Source: a virus
Length of the DNA stretch: 64,000 nucleotides
Virus record (IMG/VR): IMGVR_UViG_3300014501_000003
Coordinates: 1 to 64,000 of that record
Strand: one strand, 5' to 3'
The position numbers were made by a program, and so were the translations under genes. Within the stretch, counting starts at the first letter, position 1. Every line of letters begins with the position of its first letter. Of this stretch, positions 44,490 to 52,680 are shown piece by piece. The notes beneath the pieces are model-generated. The model did no database searches, was not told the DNA's origin, and saw only the letters and a list, made by a program, of their open reading frames with translations.

Positions 44490-45032
44490 TCACCAGTGAT
44501 GATGCGTCGCGTGCCCGCTCTTGTCGGGCGCGTTCCCGTGCATGTGCCACGGCCGCGTTATGGCTCGGTGCACCGAGCGCTCAAGGTCTTGCCACTTCGC
44601 ACAGCGCAGCGGCTCGATCCGCGCCTGCGCGGTGATCTTCACGAGCCCGATCGCGGACCAGTCGGCCCACTCCTCGCCGCCCTGCAAGTGGTGCGCCCAG
44701 TCTCCGGTGCCTGCGGCGATGATCCCCTCGGAGTGGCCCGTGGTGATCCAGTGGCACTCGTAGACCCATGAGCAGAGCGGGTGCGGGCAGGCCACGAGCT
44801 CGTCCAGGTGCGCGTCTGAGACCTCGATGTCGTGCTCGACGTTGACGATCGTGAGGTCTGAGTCCCAGAGGGCCTCAAGCGCTATCGCGTAGTCGAAGTC
44901 GCCGCGGCACAACGCGGGCTGGACCGGATAGCGGCTTGAGTGGAAGTGCCCCTCGCCCTCAAGGTGGGAGGCGAGGACGACTACCCGAGCTGGGGACTCG
45001 GAGAGATGATCGCCTTGAACGTCAGCGCCCAA
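44490..45032 (-). CDS. VEHD-family paralogue 2 (unknown function), start uncertain
   Basis: VVVLASHLEGEGHF, TIVNVEHDIEV, CPHPLC and GEEWADWSAIGLVKI are shared with 56044..56526. TTG 45032 follows GGGGAGGGG. No canonical start near the conserved N-terminus. Confidence 0.6.
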   Translation of the reverse strand: MGADVQGDHLSESPARVVVLASHLEGEGHFHSSRYPVQPALCRGDFDYAIALEALWDSDLTIVNVEHDIEVSDAHLDELVACPHPLCSWVYECHWITTGHSEGIIAAGTGDWAHHLQGGEEWADWSAIGLVKITAQARIEPLRCAKWQDLERSVHRAITRPWHMHGNAPDKSGHATHHHW

Positions 45033-45517
45033 TCGATCACCCCTCCCCAGCCGCCGGGTTGACCGGCGATGATGTCGAGCCCTGCGGTGTAGTCGGCCTG
45101 GATCGGGAACATGACCTGCGCGCTCGGGCCCGTGGTGCCGAAGGTCGGCTGATTTCGGTTGGCGATGGCGGGGCCCGCCACACATTCGCCGAACAGCTCG
45201 AAGGTCTGCGCCATCACTTCGGCCGCGAGTTCGGCTGCGCGCGCCGGTTCCGTGGCTGGCGGGGTTTCGCCGGTGAAGTAGCTCGCTTTCCCCTGGATCT
45301 CGTATTCCTCCGCGAGCTGGATCGGGATGGCGTGCCAGTCATACCGAGGTCCCTTGATCGGGCCGACGATGATGTAGCGGGCGGGCTCGAACTGGGCGAG
45401 CGCGCCGGGGAACACGCTCACGGGCTTGGACTGTTCCTCGGCGGCTTCGCGGACGAGCTTCAAGAGGCCCGCGTAGATGCCGGGGACCGAGGAGACGAAG
45501 GCGGTCGGTTCGGTCAC
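44981..45517 (-). CDS. Head-tail joining or tail terminator-like protein, 178 aa
   Basis: GTG 45517 sits in a GTGA overlap. The call is based on position only. Confidence 0.65.
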   Translation of the reverse strand: MTEPTAFVSSVPGIYAGLLKLVREAAEEQSKPVSVFPGALAQFEPARYIIVGPIKGPRYDWHAIPIQLAEEYEIQGKASYFTGETPPATEPARAAELAAEVMAQTFELFGECVAGPAIANRNQPTFGTTGPSAQVMFPIQADYTAGLDIIAGQPGGWGGVIDWALTFKAIISPSPQLG

Positions 45518-46164
45518 CCGATGCCTACCTGCGTGTAGTTGTTGAGCCGGGCTTTGACCTCGGGCAGCATCCCCGGCAGCAGGCCCGGCTCGACCTCCCC
45601 GTGCTCGCCGACCATCTGCGGAGCCCCGCCGCGTGACGCCTGCTGCTCCTTGCGCCACTCGTGCGCGATCTGTTTCAGCGTGGCGTTGCGGATCGGCGGC
45701 GGGAGCGGGTCATAGCCCGCGGTCCACACCACCTCGATGTTTCGCAGGCCGGGGAAGAACGGGCGCGGCACGAGCCCCTGGAAGGACCGCACGATGTAGC
45801 CCCGCAGCGGGTCGATCGTGAACATTTCGTTCGAGCCCTGGTGCTCGGGGGTCTGTTCTTCGAGGACGTGTTCGCCGTTGACGCCCCAGAACTCAGCGAC
45901 ACGCTGCACGCTCTGGATCGGGTAGTAGGGCAGCATCAGCGTGTTGCCGCTCCACACCGAGAAGCGTTTGGCGAACAGCGTCGGGGCGAACGGGCGGCCG
46001 AGCTCGTCTTGGAGCCACCAGCACACGTCGTCGACGACTTCCTTGAGCTTCGTCTCTTCGCCCGCGACCGGGACGTCGCCCATCTGTAGCCAACTCTTTA
46101 CGTCCAGGTCCACGTCAAGGTAAGTGGTCCACTGCGGGCTACCGTCGTAGTTGTACGTGGTCAT
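45514..46164 (-). CDS. Head-tail adaptor/connector-like protein, 216 aa
   Basis: ATG 46164 follows GGGGGTGG. The call is based on position. Confidence 0.65.
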   Translation of the reverse strand: MTTYNYDGSPQWTTYLDVDLDVKSWLQMGDVPVAGEETKLKEVVDDVCWWLQDELGRPFAPTLFAKRFSVWSGNTLMLPYYPIQSVQRVAEFWGVNGEHVLEEQTPEHQGSNEMFTIDPLRGYIVRSFQGLVPRPFFPGLRNIEVVWTAGYDPLPPPIRNATLKQIAHEWRKEQQASRGGAPQMVGEHGEVEPGLLPGMLPEVKARLNNYTQVGIG

Positions 46165-46177
46165 CGCCACCCCCGAG

Positions 46178-46183
46178 TAGACT
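46178..46183 (+). promoter_or_regulatory. -10-like TAGACT, 7 nt upstream of the EndoVII ATG
   Basis: TAnnnT hexamer with no SD between it and the start. Confidence 0.35.
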
Positions 46184-46190
46184 CCGCAGG

Positions 46191-46736
46191 ATGATGTCGA
46201 AGGCATGTTCGGAGTGCGGCGACTCCTTCTCGCTGACCTCCGGCCGCCGTCTGACATGCAGCGAGCGGTGCGCCGGCAAGCGGCACTACCGCTTGCGCTG
46301 CGAGCGCCATCCGCTCGTGCGGCCTACGCTCACGCCGCAGCCGTGCATCGAGTGCGGAACGATCTTCCAGCCGACGGTCCCGAACCGGAAATACTGCTCG
46401 AAGGTCTGTAGCAGGAAGGTGGCGAGCCGCGCTATCGAGAAACGCCTCGGCGGCTCGCGCGCTCGGACGCTGTGGTTCAACTACAAACTGACGCTGGCTG
46501 CGTTCGACGCGCTGCTGGCCGCCCAGGGCGGCGTCTGCGCAATCTGTGGCAGTGACGATCCGGGGGCGGCGAACTGGTGCGTCGATCACGACCATGCCTG
46601 CTGCCCGACGAAGGGTCGGTGCTGCGGCAAGTGCGTCCGGGGCCTGCTCTGCGACATGTGCAACCGCACTCTCGGCACCGCCAAGGACGACCCCGACCGC
46701 CTCCGCAAAGCGGCGGCCTACCTGGAGCGCGGCTAG
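46191..46736 (+). CDS. Endonuclease VII-type nuclease with N-terminal zinc ribbons, 181 aa
   Basis: CAICGSDDPGAANWCVDHDHACCPTKGRCCGKCVRGLLCDMCN matches the EndoVII pattern. Confidence 0.85.
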   Translation: MMSKACSECGDSFSLTSGRRLTCSERCAGKRHYRLRCERHPLVRPTLTPQPCIECGTIFQPTVPNRKYCSKVCSRKVASRAIEKRLGGSRARTLWFNYKLTLAAFDALLAAQGGVCAICGSDDPGAANWCVDHDHACCPTKGRCCGKCVRGLLCDMCNRTLGTAKDDPDRLRKAAAYLERG

Positions 46737-46741
46737 CCCCC

Positions 46742-47077
46742 TCATCCGCCGGGGGTTTCTTTCGGGAGCAGCGAGCCGAGGTCGGTCGCGCCGGGGCCGA
46801 CCGGCACGGTGATCCAGAACGTCTCGGGCGACGCGCCGGTGATGCGGAAGTCCACTCGGTACTGACTGTCGCCCGGGGCCGTGCCCGTGTCTACGTTGGA
46901 GGGGAGTTCGACGGAGAGTTCGCCGGTGCCGCTCAGGGCGGCGGAGACGGGGCCGGGCACGATCGTTTCGGCACCGTTCGTGATCCGCTTCGAGAGCGTG
47001 AACTCGATCGCGCCGGAGGCCGCCGCGCCGCTGGGTTCGGTCAGCTTGTGAGTGATCGTCCTCTTGGTGAAAGCGAT
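46742..47077 (-). CDS. Beta-sandwich-like structural protein, 111 aa, proposed ATC start
   Basis: Track ORF starts at GTG 46960. The frame is open and protein-like a further 39 codons up to ATC 47077, which lies 6 nt after GGAGG. Confidence 0.5.
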   Translation of the reverse strand: MAFTKRTITHKLTEPSGAAASGAIEFTLSKRITNGAETIVPGPVSAALSGTGELSVELPSNVDTGTAPGDSQYRVDFRITGASPETFWITVPVGPGATDLGSLLPKETPGG

Positions 47078-47090
47078 GACGCACCTCCGT

Positions 47091-47096
47091 TAGACT
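47091..47096 (+). promoter_or_regulatory. -10-like TAGACT, 6 nt upstream of GTG 47103
   Basis: Same hexamer as upstream of the EndoVII gene. Confidence 0.35.
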
Positions 47097-47102
47097 CGGC
47101 GC

Positions 47103-47255
47103 GTGACCTACCGCGACGTGACCTACTACATGGTCGGGCTGGTGATCGGGGCGCTCATGTACAGCGGCGCGACATGGCACCGCCTCGTGGCCCTCGCCAT
47201 CGTCGGCCTCATCTGCTTCGGTTGGGTCTACTTCCGCCGCCGCGCTAAGTCGTGA
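47103..47255 (+). CDS. Small two-TM membrane protein, 50 aa (below the track cutoff)
   Basis: Hand translation gives VTYRDVTYYMVGLVIGALMYSGATWHRLVALAIVGLICFGWVYFRRRAKS. GTGA-coupled to the next ORF. Confidence 0.45.
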   Translation: MTYRDVTYYMVGLVIGALMYSGATWHRLVALAIVGLICFGWVYFRRRAKS

Positions 47256-47452
47256 GCATCCTGCGAATCAAGACCGATGAGGCAATCCGCGAGCGCTACG
47301 GCCCAGAGCCGAGCCCGTACGCCGACTGGCCGCAGACCTTGCGCTGTCAGCAGATCGAAGCCGCCAACGCGATGCGCGAGCTAGTCACGCAGCTCCTGAC
47401 GGTCTTTGCTCACGCCCTTCGCCGCGCCCTTCCTTCCAGCTCGACCCCATAG
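47252..47452 (+). CDS. Hypothetical protein, 66 aa
   Basis: Track ORF. Its 3' end overlaps the convergent glycosyltransferase gene. Confidence 0.4.
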   Translation: MSILRIKTDEAIRERYGPEPSPYADWPQTLRCQQIEAANAMRELVTQLLTVFAHALRRALPSSSTP

Positions 47453-48035
47453 GCCCCACCTCTGCCCGCTCCAAGTAGTAGGCGTCCTCGGCGTCGGGCT
47501 CTCGGACGTACCACGATCCGTGGCGGGCGAGATAGGGTGCCCCGGTCCTGATCGCCTCGTACTCGAACTCTGCACCGGGGCGGTAGAGGGCGAACGTCGT
47601 GTCGATCAGCGAGTCGAAGACTCCGGGCGACGTTTCACGCGAAACCAACTGGCGCTCCCAGCCCTTGCTCGGGAACTCCACGTCGTCCAGATAGAGCCCC
47701 AGCCCTGCCTTGGAGTAGCCGGGGTGAGCGTCGAGTAGAGCCTGAAGGTGGGCCACGGCATCGAGGGGGCAGGAGTCCAGTGGCACGATGTCCGGGTCCG
47801 TGAGGACGAACGGCTCATCGGGCACCATCTCGGCCTCCCACAGCGCCCTGGAGCCGAGGTTGTTGCCGAGCCAGCGGACCTCGTGGCGGGTACCCGCTAG
47901 GTACCTCAGCAGCGGCATGTAGGTCGAGGCGTTGTCGAGGAACACGATCCGGTGGCCTGCGCGCTCAAGCCACTCGACCAGCTTGCGGAGATCCCGCAGG
48001 CGATCCCTTACCGTGATGTAGACGGTGATGTCCAC
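47385..48035 (-). CDS. GT-A fold glycosyltransferase, 216 aa
   Basis: ITVYITVRDR, RIVFLDNAST and LTDPDIVP (DxD). GTG 48035 chosen as start. Confidence 0.75.
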   Translation of the reverse strand: MDITVYITVRDRLRDLRKLVEWLERAGHRIVFLDNASTYMPLLRYLAGTRHEVRWLGNNLGSRALWEAEMVPDEPFVLTDPDIVPLDSCPLDAVAHLQALLDAHPGYSKAGLGLYLDDVEFPSKGWERQLVSRETSPGVFDSLIDTTFALYRPGAEFEYEAIRTGAPYLARHGSWYVREPDAEDAYYLERAEVGPMGSSWKEGRGEGREQRPSGAA

Positions 48036-48742
48036 AGGTGCCGGCGGCTTCGATAGAGAGCCCGGTCGGCCTCCATCGTCGCGTGCCCTTTGCGGTAGGT
48101 GGCGTCCATCTCGCCCTTGCCTGCGGCGGGGTGCTGGTGCTCCACGATCGCTCCGTCGGCGCGCATGAGCTTCCCGCGCGAGCGCGCGACCTCCCAGCAC
48201 TCAGAATCGCTGTAGTTGTGGTCATAGCCCGGGTAGATCACGACGCCGGGCACGTCCACACACCCCGACTGCTCCTCGATGTAGCGGCGGGAGACGAGCG
48301 CGTTCGTGCCATTCGCGTTGTGCAGGTCGTTGACCACGACCACGCCCTCGACCCTGCGCATGGTGCTCAGCGCCGCTGCGAGCCATCCTCGCTGGAACAG
48401 CACGTCATCTGCGCCGAGGAACACGTACGGGGCCTCGGTGGCGTGGAACAGGCGATTGATCCGGTTCGGCCAGGTGTCCCCGTCATCGCGCAGGAACGCG
48501 GCCCCGTGGCGTTCGAGCTCGTCCACGGTGGGCTGATCGGAGGCGGCGAAGACGACGCGGTGGGGCTCGGTCGTGGCGTCGGCGATGTTCGCCAGCAGGG
48601 GTTTGATCCGGTGCGGGCGGTCGAGGACCGGGATCAGGATCGCCGTGCTCAGTTCGTGACGTTCCGCGTCGCACGGCCGTGGGTGCGCAGCGCTTGGGGC
48701 ACACACACAAACCTGGCATCCATGTCCAGGAACTTGAGCCAT
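48008..48742 (-). CDS. GT-A fold glycosyltransferase, start uncertain
   Basis: AILIPVLDRP and FLGADDVLF. ATG 48742 follows GGAGG but GC3 is low there. Alternatives are GTG 48706 and CTG 48652. Confidence 0.7.
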   Translation of the reverse strand: MAQVPGHGCQVCVCAPSAAHPRPCDAERHELSTAILIPVLDRPHRIKPLLANIADATTEPHRVVFAASDQPTVDELERHGAAFLRDDGDTWPNRINRLFHATEAPYVFLGADDVLFQRGWLAAALSTMRRVEGVVVVNDLHNANGTNALVSRRYIEEQSGCVDVPGVVIYPGYDHNYSDSECWEVARSRGKLMRADGAIVEHQHPAAGKGEMDATYRKGHATMEADRALYRSRRHLWTSPSTSR

Positions 48743-49188
48743 AGCAAATAGTCCTCCACGATGTGCGAGACCGGATAGCCGCCCGCCCGCCGGAGCGTCT
48801 CGGTGCGGATGCACGCCTCCCCGTCGATGTAGTTATCGCCGCTGCGCAGCCGCTCGGCATCGAAAGGTCCCCAGGAGTGGGGGTGCCCGCGGCAGTAGGA
48901 GTAGACGACATCGGCGCCGTCGAGGTGCTGGGCCATGAGCTCCAGATACTCGGGGTCGAACGTGTCGTCATCGTCGAGGACCGCGATCCACTCTGTCTCG
49001 ATGGCGGCGAGGATCGCGTTGCGCTGGCGGGCGACGTGTTCGCAGCCGAAGCGGTCGGGCTCCTCGACCCGCACCAGCCACGGCACCGGGCCGATGGTCT
49101 GGGCTCTCACCGATGCGCCGGCCTTCGCCAGCAGCTCGTGGCGCTCAGGAATCGAGACTGTGACGACCGTGAAAGGGGATCGGGTCAC
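48649..49188 (-). CDS. GT2 glycosyltransferase, 179 aa
   Basis: GGAGG lies 6 nt before GTG 49188. TVVTVSIPERHELL and IAVLDDDDTF. Confidence 0.85.
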   Translation of the reverse strand: MTRSPFTVVTVSIPERHELLAKAGASVRAQTIGPVPWLVRVEEPDRFGCEHVARQRNAILAAIETEWIAVLDDDDTFDPEYLELMAQHLDGADVVYSYCRGHPHSWGPFDAERLRSGDNYIDGEACIRTETLRRAGGYPVSHIVEDYLLWLKFLDMDARFVCVPQALRTHGRATRNVTN

Positions 49189-49855
49189 GGACCACCTCCG
49201 CGGCCTGCATCTCGTTCCAGGCGGCTCGCAGCTCCTCATCGCCGGAGCCGTCCAGGCGGGTCATATGTGCGCCGTCGCCGCGCGCCCGGCCCACCGGATC
49301 GAGCGTGGCGCAGCGTTCGCGCACCTTGCGCTTGAAGTGCTCAAAGCCGCGGAACTGGTAGTGGCGGACTTCGAGCAGTCCCCATGTTCCGCCGGGGAGG
49401 CTCACGTCATGGTTGCCGGGAGCGATGTGCGCCTCCTCGGTCCAGCGGTAGGCGACCTTCGGCAGTCGCTCCGGTGCCGCGTACTTCAGCTCCCAGGTCT
49501 GGTGGTGCCAGAGCTGGGCGTAGAGCTTGCCGCCAACACCGAGCGCGAGGGCCTGTGCGATGGGTTTGCCGCCCGTGGCGAACCAAAACTCGTCAGCATC
49601 GAACGGGAGTATCCACTCGGTGCCCGCCTCGGCTGCCAGGTAGTCGATCCAGTAGGGCTGGCGATGGACGGGCTCGTCATCGACAAGCCTGGTGACGCGC
49701 CCGGTTTCCCGTTCCAGCCGCCGCAGAATGTCCGTGGTGCCGTCCGTTGAGGCATCGGCGATCAGGAGCTTGTCCACGCCGCCTGCGAGCAGGCACCGGA
49801 CGGACGCCTCGATGATGTCGGCCTCGTTGCGGACGGTGGAGACGGCTGCGATCAC
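49145..49855 (-). CDS. GT2-like glycosyltransferase, 236 aa
   Basis: VRNEADIIE, LLIADASTDGT and LPFDADEF. GGGAGG precedes GTG 49855. Confidence 0.85.
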   Translation of the reverse strand: MIAAVSTVRNEADIIEASVRCLLAGGVDKLLIADASTDGTTDILRRLERETGRVTRLVDDEPVHRQPYWIDYLAAEAGTEWILPFDADEFWFATGGKPIAQALALGVGGKLYAQLWHHQTWELKYAAPERLPKVAYRWTEEAHIAPGNHDVSLPGGTWGLLEVRHYQFRGFEHFKRKVRERCATLDPVGRARGDGAHMTRLDGSGDEELRAAWNEMQAAEVVRDPIPFHGRHSLDS

Positions 49856-49872
49856 GACGTGCCTCCCGGCCT

Positions 49873-49878
49873 TATGCT
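49873..49878 (+). promoter_or_regulatory. -10-like TATGCT, 6 nt upstream of ATG 49885
   Basis: TAnnnT hexamer with no SD. Confidence 0.35.
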
Positions 49879-49884
49879 TCGACG

Positions 49885-50295
49885 ATGAGCAGGATGGCCG
49901 CGTTCTACGGTGGCCCTTGGCATCAAGAGGAACACTCCGTGCCGGAGCCGATGCCGTTCGACATCCGCGTGCCGCTGCCCGTTGAGCCGATGGTGTTCGT
50001 CTCCCCGGAGCCGCCGCTGGCCCCTGATCTCCTGCTGCGCGTCGCGCGCTATGAGCGCCGCCGCCGCGAGCCCGCGTGGGTCTACGTCTGCGTGGACGAC
50101 GGGCACCCGCTGCCGAAGTGGACCATCGCTGTCATCACGCCGTGGGATGGCGAGGAAGGTGACGAACTCTTCGAGAACGTGGCGACCATCAGCGCGCGCA
50201 CCGCCGAGCACGCCGAACGCATCTACGGCAATCAGCACCCCTATGACCGGGACTACTGCTTCGTGTACGCGCGACCGCTGGGAGAACCCTGGTGA
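49885..50295 (+). CDS. Hypothetical protein, 136 aa, opposite strand inside the glycosyltransferase block
   Basis: Track ORF with high GC3. Confidence 0.65.
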   Translation: MSRMAAFYGGPWHQEEHSVPEPMPFDIRVPLPVEPMVFVSPEPPLAPDLLLRVARYERRRREPAWVYVCVDDGHPLPKWTIAVITPWDGEEGDELFENVATISARTAEHAERIYGNQHPYDRDYCFVYARPLGEPW

Positions 50296-50304
50296 CTAAC
50301 GGCC

Positions 50305-50991
50305 CTACGGCACCGCCACGAAGTGCTCCATGCCCCCGAGCGTCCCTTCGACGTGGGAGAACCCATCGAACCACGCGGGGTCAACGGGGCTCGGCCACCA
50401 TGGCTCATGCGTGGAGAGGTGCAGCGGGATGCCGCGCTCGGCGAGGAACGGCGCGACCGTCTCCAACACCAGCGCCTCCATGCCCTCGATGTCCATCTTC
50501 ACCAGACAGCAGTCCTCGATCGAGTAGTTCTCGAACAGCCGCTCGAGCGTGAAGCACGGCACCGTCTCCGTGGCCTCTGAGGCCTCATAGCGGATCACCG
50601 AGGACATGGCGGTCGCCCAGCCCTGCGGGTGGCTTGAGAGCTCGCAGGTGCCGTTGTAGTCGGCCAGGGCTCCATGGACGCAGCGGACCTTGCCGGGGAC
50701 GTTCCGCTCGACGTGGCGGGAGAGGAACTCGAAGGCCACTCGGTCGGGCTCTACGGCCACCACGTCGGCCCCGCGCTCTGCGCAGCCCATCGAGTGAGCA
50801 CCGATGCAGGCCCCGAGGTCCACGAACGTCGAGCCGGGCCTCACGAAGCGGTCCAGCACCTCAAGCGTGTCGTTCTCCCAGTTCTCGGCCTCCCACTGTT
50901 TCCAGAAGCCGGGGAACGGGCCTTCGGTGTAGGGAGCGGTCGGGGTGGGTTCGTCCACCTCCCAGGTCATGCCGCGTCGGGTGACGATCAC
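50305..50991 (-). CDS. FkbM-family SAM-dependent methyltransferase, 228 aa
   Basis: FVDLGACIGAHS and LVKMDIEGME. GTG 50991 is GTGA-coupled to a mini-ORF. Confidence 0.8.
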   Translation of the reverse strand: MIVTRRGMTWEVDEPTPTAPYTEGPFPGFWKQWEAENWENDTLEVLDRFVRPGSTFVDLGACIGAHSMGCAERGADVVAVEPDRVAFEFLSRHVERNVPGKVRCVHGALADYNGTCELSSHPQGWATAMSSVIRYEASEATETVPCFTLERLFENYSIEDCCLVKMDIEGMEALVLETVAPFLAERGIPLHLSTHEPWWPSPVDPAWFDGFSHVEGTLGGMEHFVAVP

Positions 50992-51119
50992 TCCAATATC
51001 CAGCGGATGCCGCGTCGGTGGCCATAGCCGGTTGGCATTGTGAGCCAGACGACATGCGTCGCGCCCGTCCAGTTGGCCTGCGAGCCTGCGATTGGCGTGT
51101 CGAGCCGCGTGCTGTTCAC
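50988..51119 (-). CDS. Small protein, 43 aa (below the track cutoff)
   Basis: GTGA overlaps at both ends. Translates VNSTRLDTPIAGSQANWTGATHVVWLTMPTGYGHRRGIRWILE. Confidence 0.45.
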   Translation of the reverse strand: MNSTRLDTPIAGSQANWTGATHVVWLTMPTGYGHRRGIRWILE

Positions 51120-51766
51120 TCCATCCACCCCGCCATCCTCTCATGGCCGATGTGCTCGACCCTCGGCTCATCCTCGATCCGTCCGAGGTAGCCGAAGCGG
51201 TAGCCGTGCTCGAGCAGCGTGTCGGTCACGTTGGGCTCTGAGAGCGGGCGCCCGCTCCTCAATGCCAGTTGGATCACCCGCGCGGGGATCAGCGAGGGGT
51301 TCGTCGTGAAGTTCGTCTCATGCTCGATCCACCCGTCGCGCTGGATGAACTCGCCGGGTTTGGTCTGCATGAAGCCGCCGGCCGCCTGCTCCTCGGCGTT
51401 GACGGGCTGGCGCTTCAGGGCGAGCTGGGCGATGTGCGGATGGGCGTCGAGCAGGCTCGCCATCGCCATCAGGTCCACGGGCTCGTTGTAGGTGAAGTCA
51501 TCCTCGGCGTGGAAGACGTACTCGGCGCCGGAGCGGATCACCTCGCGCCACACGGACTCGACGGCGGCGGCAAAGCCACGGCGCTGCTCGTGCACGAGGC
51601 TCGTGTAGTCCACATATCGCATCACGGCGGCGAAGTCCGGGTCGCCCGAGTCATCGACCATGACGCATTCATCGGGCCACGGGTCCAGCGACGCGCGCAG
51701 GCTCTCCACCGCTCGCTCTAGGCACTCCTCGCGCCCGTCCGTGGTGACGGCGAGGGCGAAGCTCAC
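51116..51766 (-). CDS. GT-A fold glycosyltransferase, 216 aa
   Basis: VSFALAVTTDGR, VMVDDSGD and FHAEDDF. GTG 51766 sits in a GTGA overlap. Confidence 0.75.
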   Translation of the reverse strand: MSFALAVTTDGREECLERAVESLRASLDPWPDECVMVDDSGDPDFAAVMRYVDYTSLVHEQRRGFAAAVESVWREVIRSGAEYVFHAEDDFTYNEPVDLMAMASLLDAHPHIAQLALKRQPVNAEEQAAGGFMQTKPGEFIQRDGWIEHETNFTTNPSLIPARVIQLALRSGRPLSEPNVTDTLLEHGYRFGYLGRIEDEPRVEHIGHERMAGWME

Positions 51767-51879
51767 CGTCGCCTCACCCGCCCACAGCGCCCACAGCGCA
51801 TGTAGGAGCGGAGCCACGGCTCGTCATAGTGGACGCCGATGAGACAGAGCAGGTGGCCGAGGAGGCGCAGGCATCTCAC
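51763..51879 (-). CDS. Small Cys-containing protein, 38 aa (below the track cutoff)
   Basis: GTGA overlaps at both ends. Confidence 0.4.
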   Translation of the reverse strand: MRCLRLLGHLLCLIGVHYDEPWLRSYMRCGRCGRVRRR

Positions 51880-52019
51880 GCGCCCCAGACCTTCGGCCTT
51901 GGCGGCAGTCCCCGCGCGCGATCAATCACGCGGTACAGATCGACCTTCAGATCATGTTCACGCGCGAGCCGGGCGCGTTCCGCCTTCGTCCGCTTGAGGC
52001 CCTTCGCCTTGCGCTTCAC
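51876..52019 (-). CDS. Small basic protein, 47 aa
   Basis: GTG 52019 sits in a GTGA overlap. Translates VKRKAKGLKRTKAERARLAREHDLKVDLYRVIDRAR... Confidence 0.45.
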   Translation of the reverse strand: MKRKAKGLKRTKAERARLAREHDLKVDLYRVIDRARGLPPRPKVWGA

Positions 52020-52153
52020 GGCTCGATGACGGCCTGCTTGCCGCCGATCTTGATTGCGCACTGACCGCAGTAGGGCAGTTTGCGACCGTCGAGGAAGGTG
52101 ATGACTTTGCGGGCCTCGCGCTCGCAGGTGCCAGTCGAGCACGGTGGCCTCAC
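52016..52153 (-). CDS. Small zinc-ribbon-like protein, 45 aa (below the track cutoff)
   Basis: GTG 52153 sits in a GTGA overlap. CSTGTC ... CGQC. Confidence 0.45.
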   Translation of the reverse strand: MRPPCSTGTCEREARKVITFLDGRKLPYCGQCAIKIGGKQAVIEP

Positions 52154-52680
52154 CGCCAACACCCATGCGCCGGCCCGACCTTCCACGGCGAAGCGGGCGA
52201 GTCCTCATCCCTCAAGTGCTCCAACGGTGGCCCGTGAACGTGCATGATCTCGCCTCCGGGGTTCAGGACGTGGGATTGGAGCCAAGAGTCTAGGCGGCAC
52301 CAGTGCTTCGGAGGATGATCCTCATCGCTCAGCTCGCCGACCACGTCGAGCGCGTCGGGATAGCGGGCGATCAGCCCGGCCGAGAACTTCGCACACGACA
52401 GGCCCGCATACACCCGGCCGACGTAGGGCACTTGGTAGGAGCACCACGGCTCGTGACACTCCACAAGGGCATCGAGGGTGCCGGGGCGGACCACCACGTC
52501 GTGCTCGACGCAAATGAAGGTGCGCCTGTTTGCCCACAGGCTTGCCAGCAGCTCCCAATACGCCTCATCTGAGCCGGACACATCTACGAAGGCCACATCC
52601 CACCCTGCCAGTGCCTCGACTACCTCGGAGCGGAGGGGAGGGACGTAGGGGCAGGCGATGGTGGTTTCGTGGCCTCTCAC
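52150..52680 (-). CDS. VEHD-family paralogue 3 (unknown function), 176 aa
   Basis: TFICVEHDVVV, CHEPWC, LSCAKF and MHVHG are collinear with the other two paralogues. Confidence 0.7.
   Translation of the reverse strand: MRGHETTIACPYVPPLRSEVVEALAGWDVAFVDVSGSDEAYWELLASLWANRRTFICVEHDVVVRPGTLDALVECHEPWCSYQVPYVGRVYAGLSCAKFSAGLIARYPDALDVVGELSDEDHPPKHWCRLDSWLQSHVLNPGGEIMHVHGPPLEHLRDEDSPASPWKVGPAHGCWR

Noticed and set aside
44981-45032. Programmed -1 fusion of the 178-aa connector-like gene to VEHD paralogue 2
   Set aside because: The VEHD frame is -1 relative to the upstream gene and lacks a nearby canonical start, but there is no X XXY YYZ heptamer at the junction (CTCGGGTAG). TTG 45032 with GGGGAGGGG is a simpler explanation.
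46161-47180. 339-aa minus-strand ORF
   Set aside because: Arg-rich and antisense to the EndoVII gene. It is out of frame with the real 46742..47077 gene.
48649-48652. CTG initiation (CTGA overlap) for the 48008 glycosyltransferase
   Set aside because: Low GC3 upstream makes this attractive, but ATG 48742 has a GGAGG 10 nt upstream and CTG starts are rare. Kept only as an alternative.
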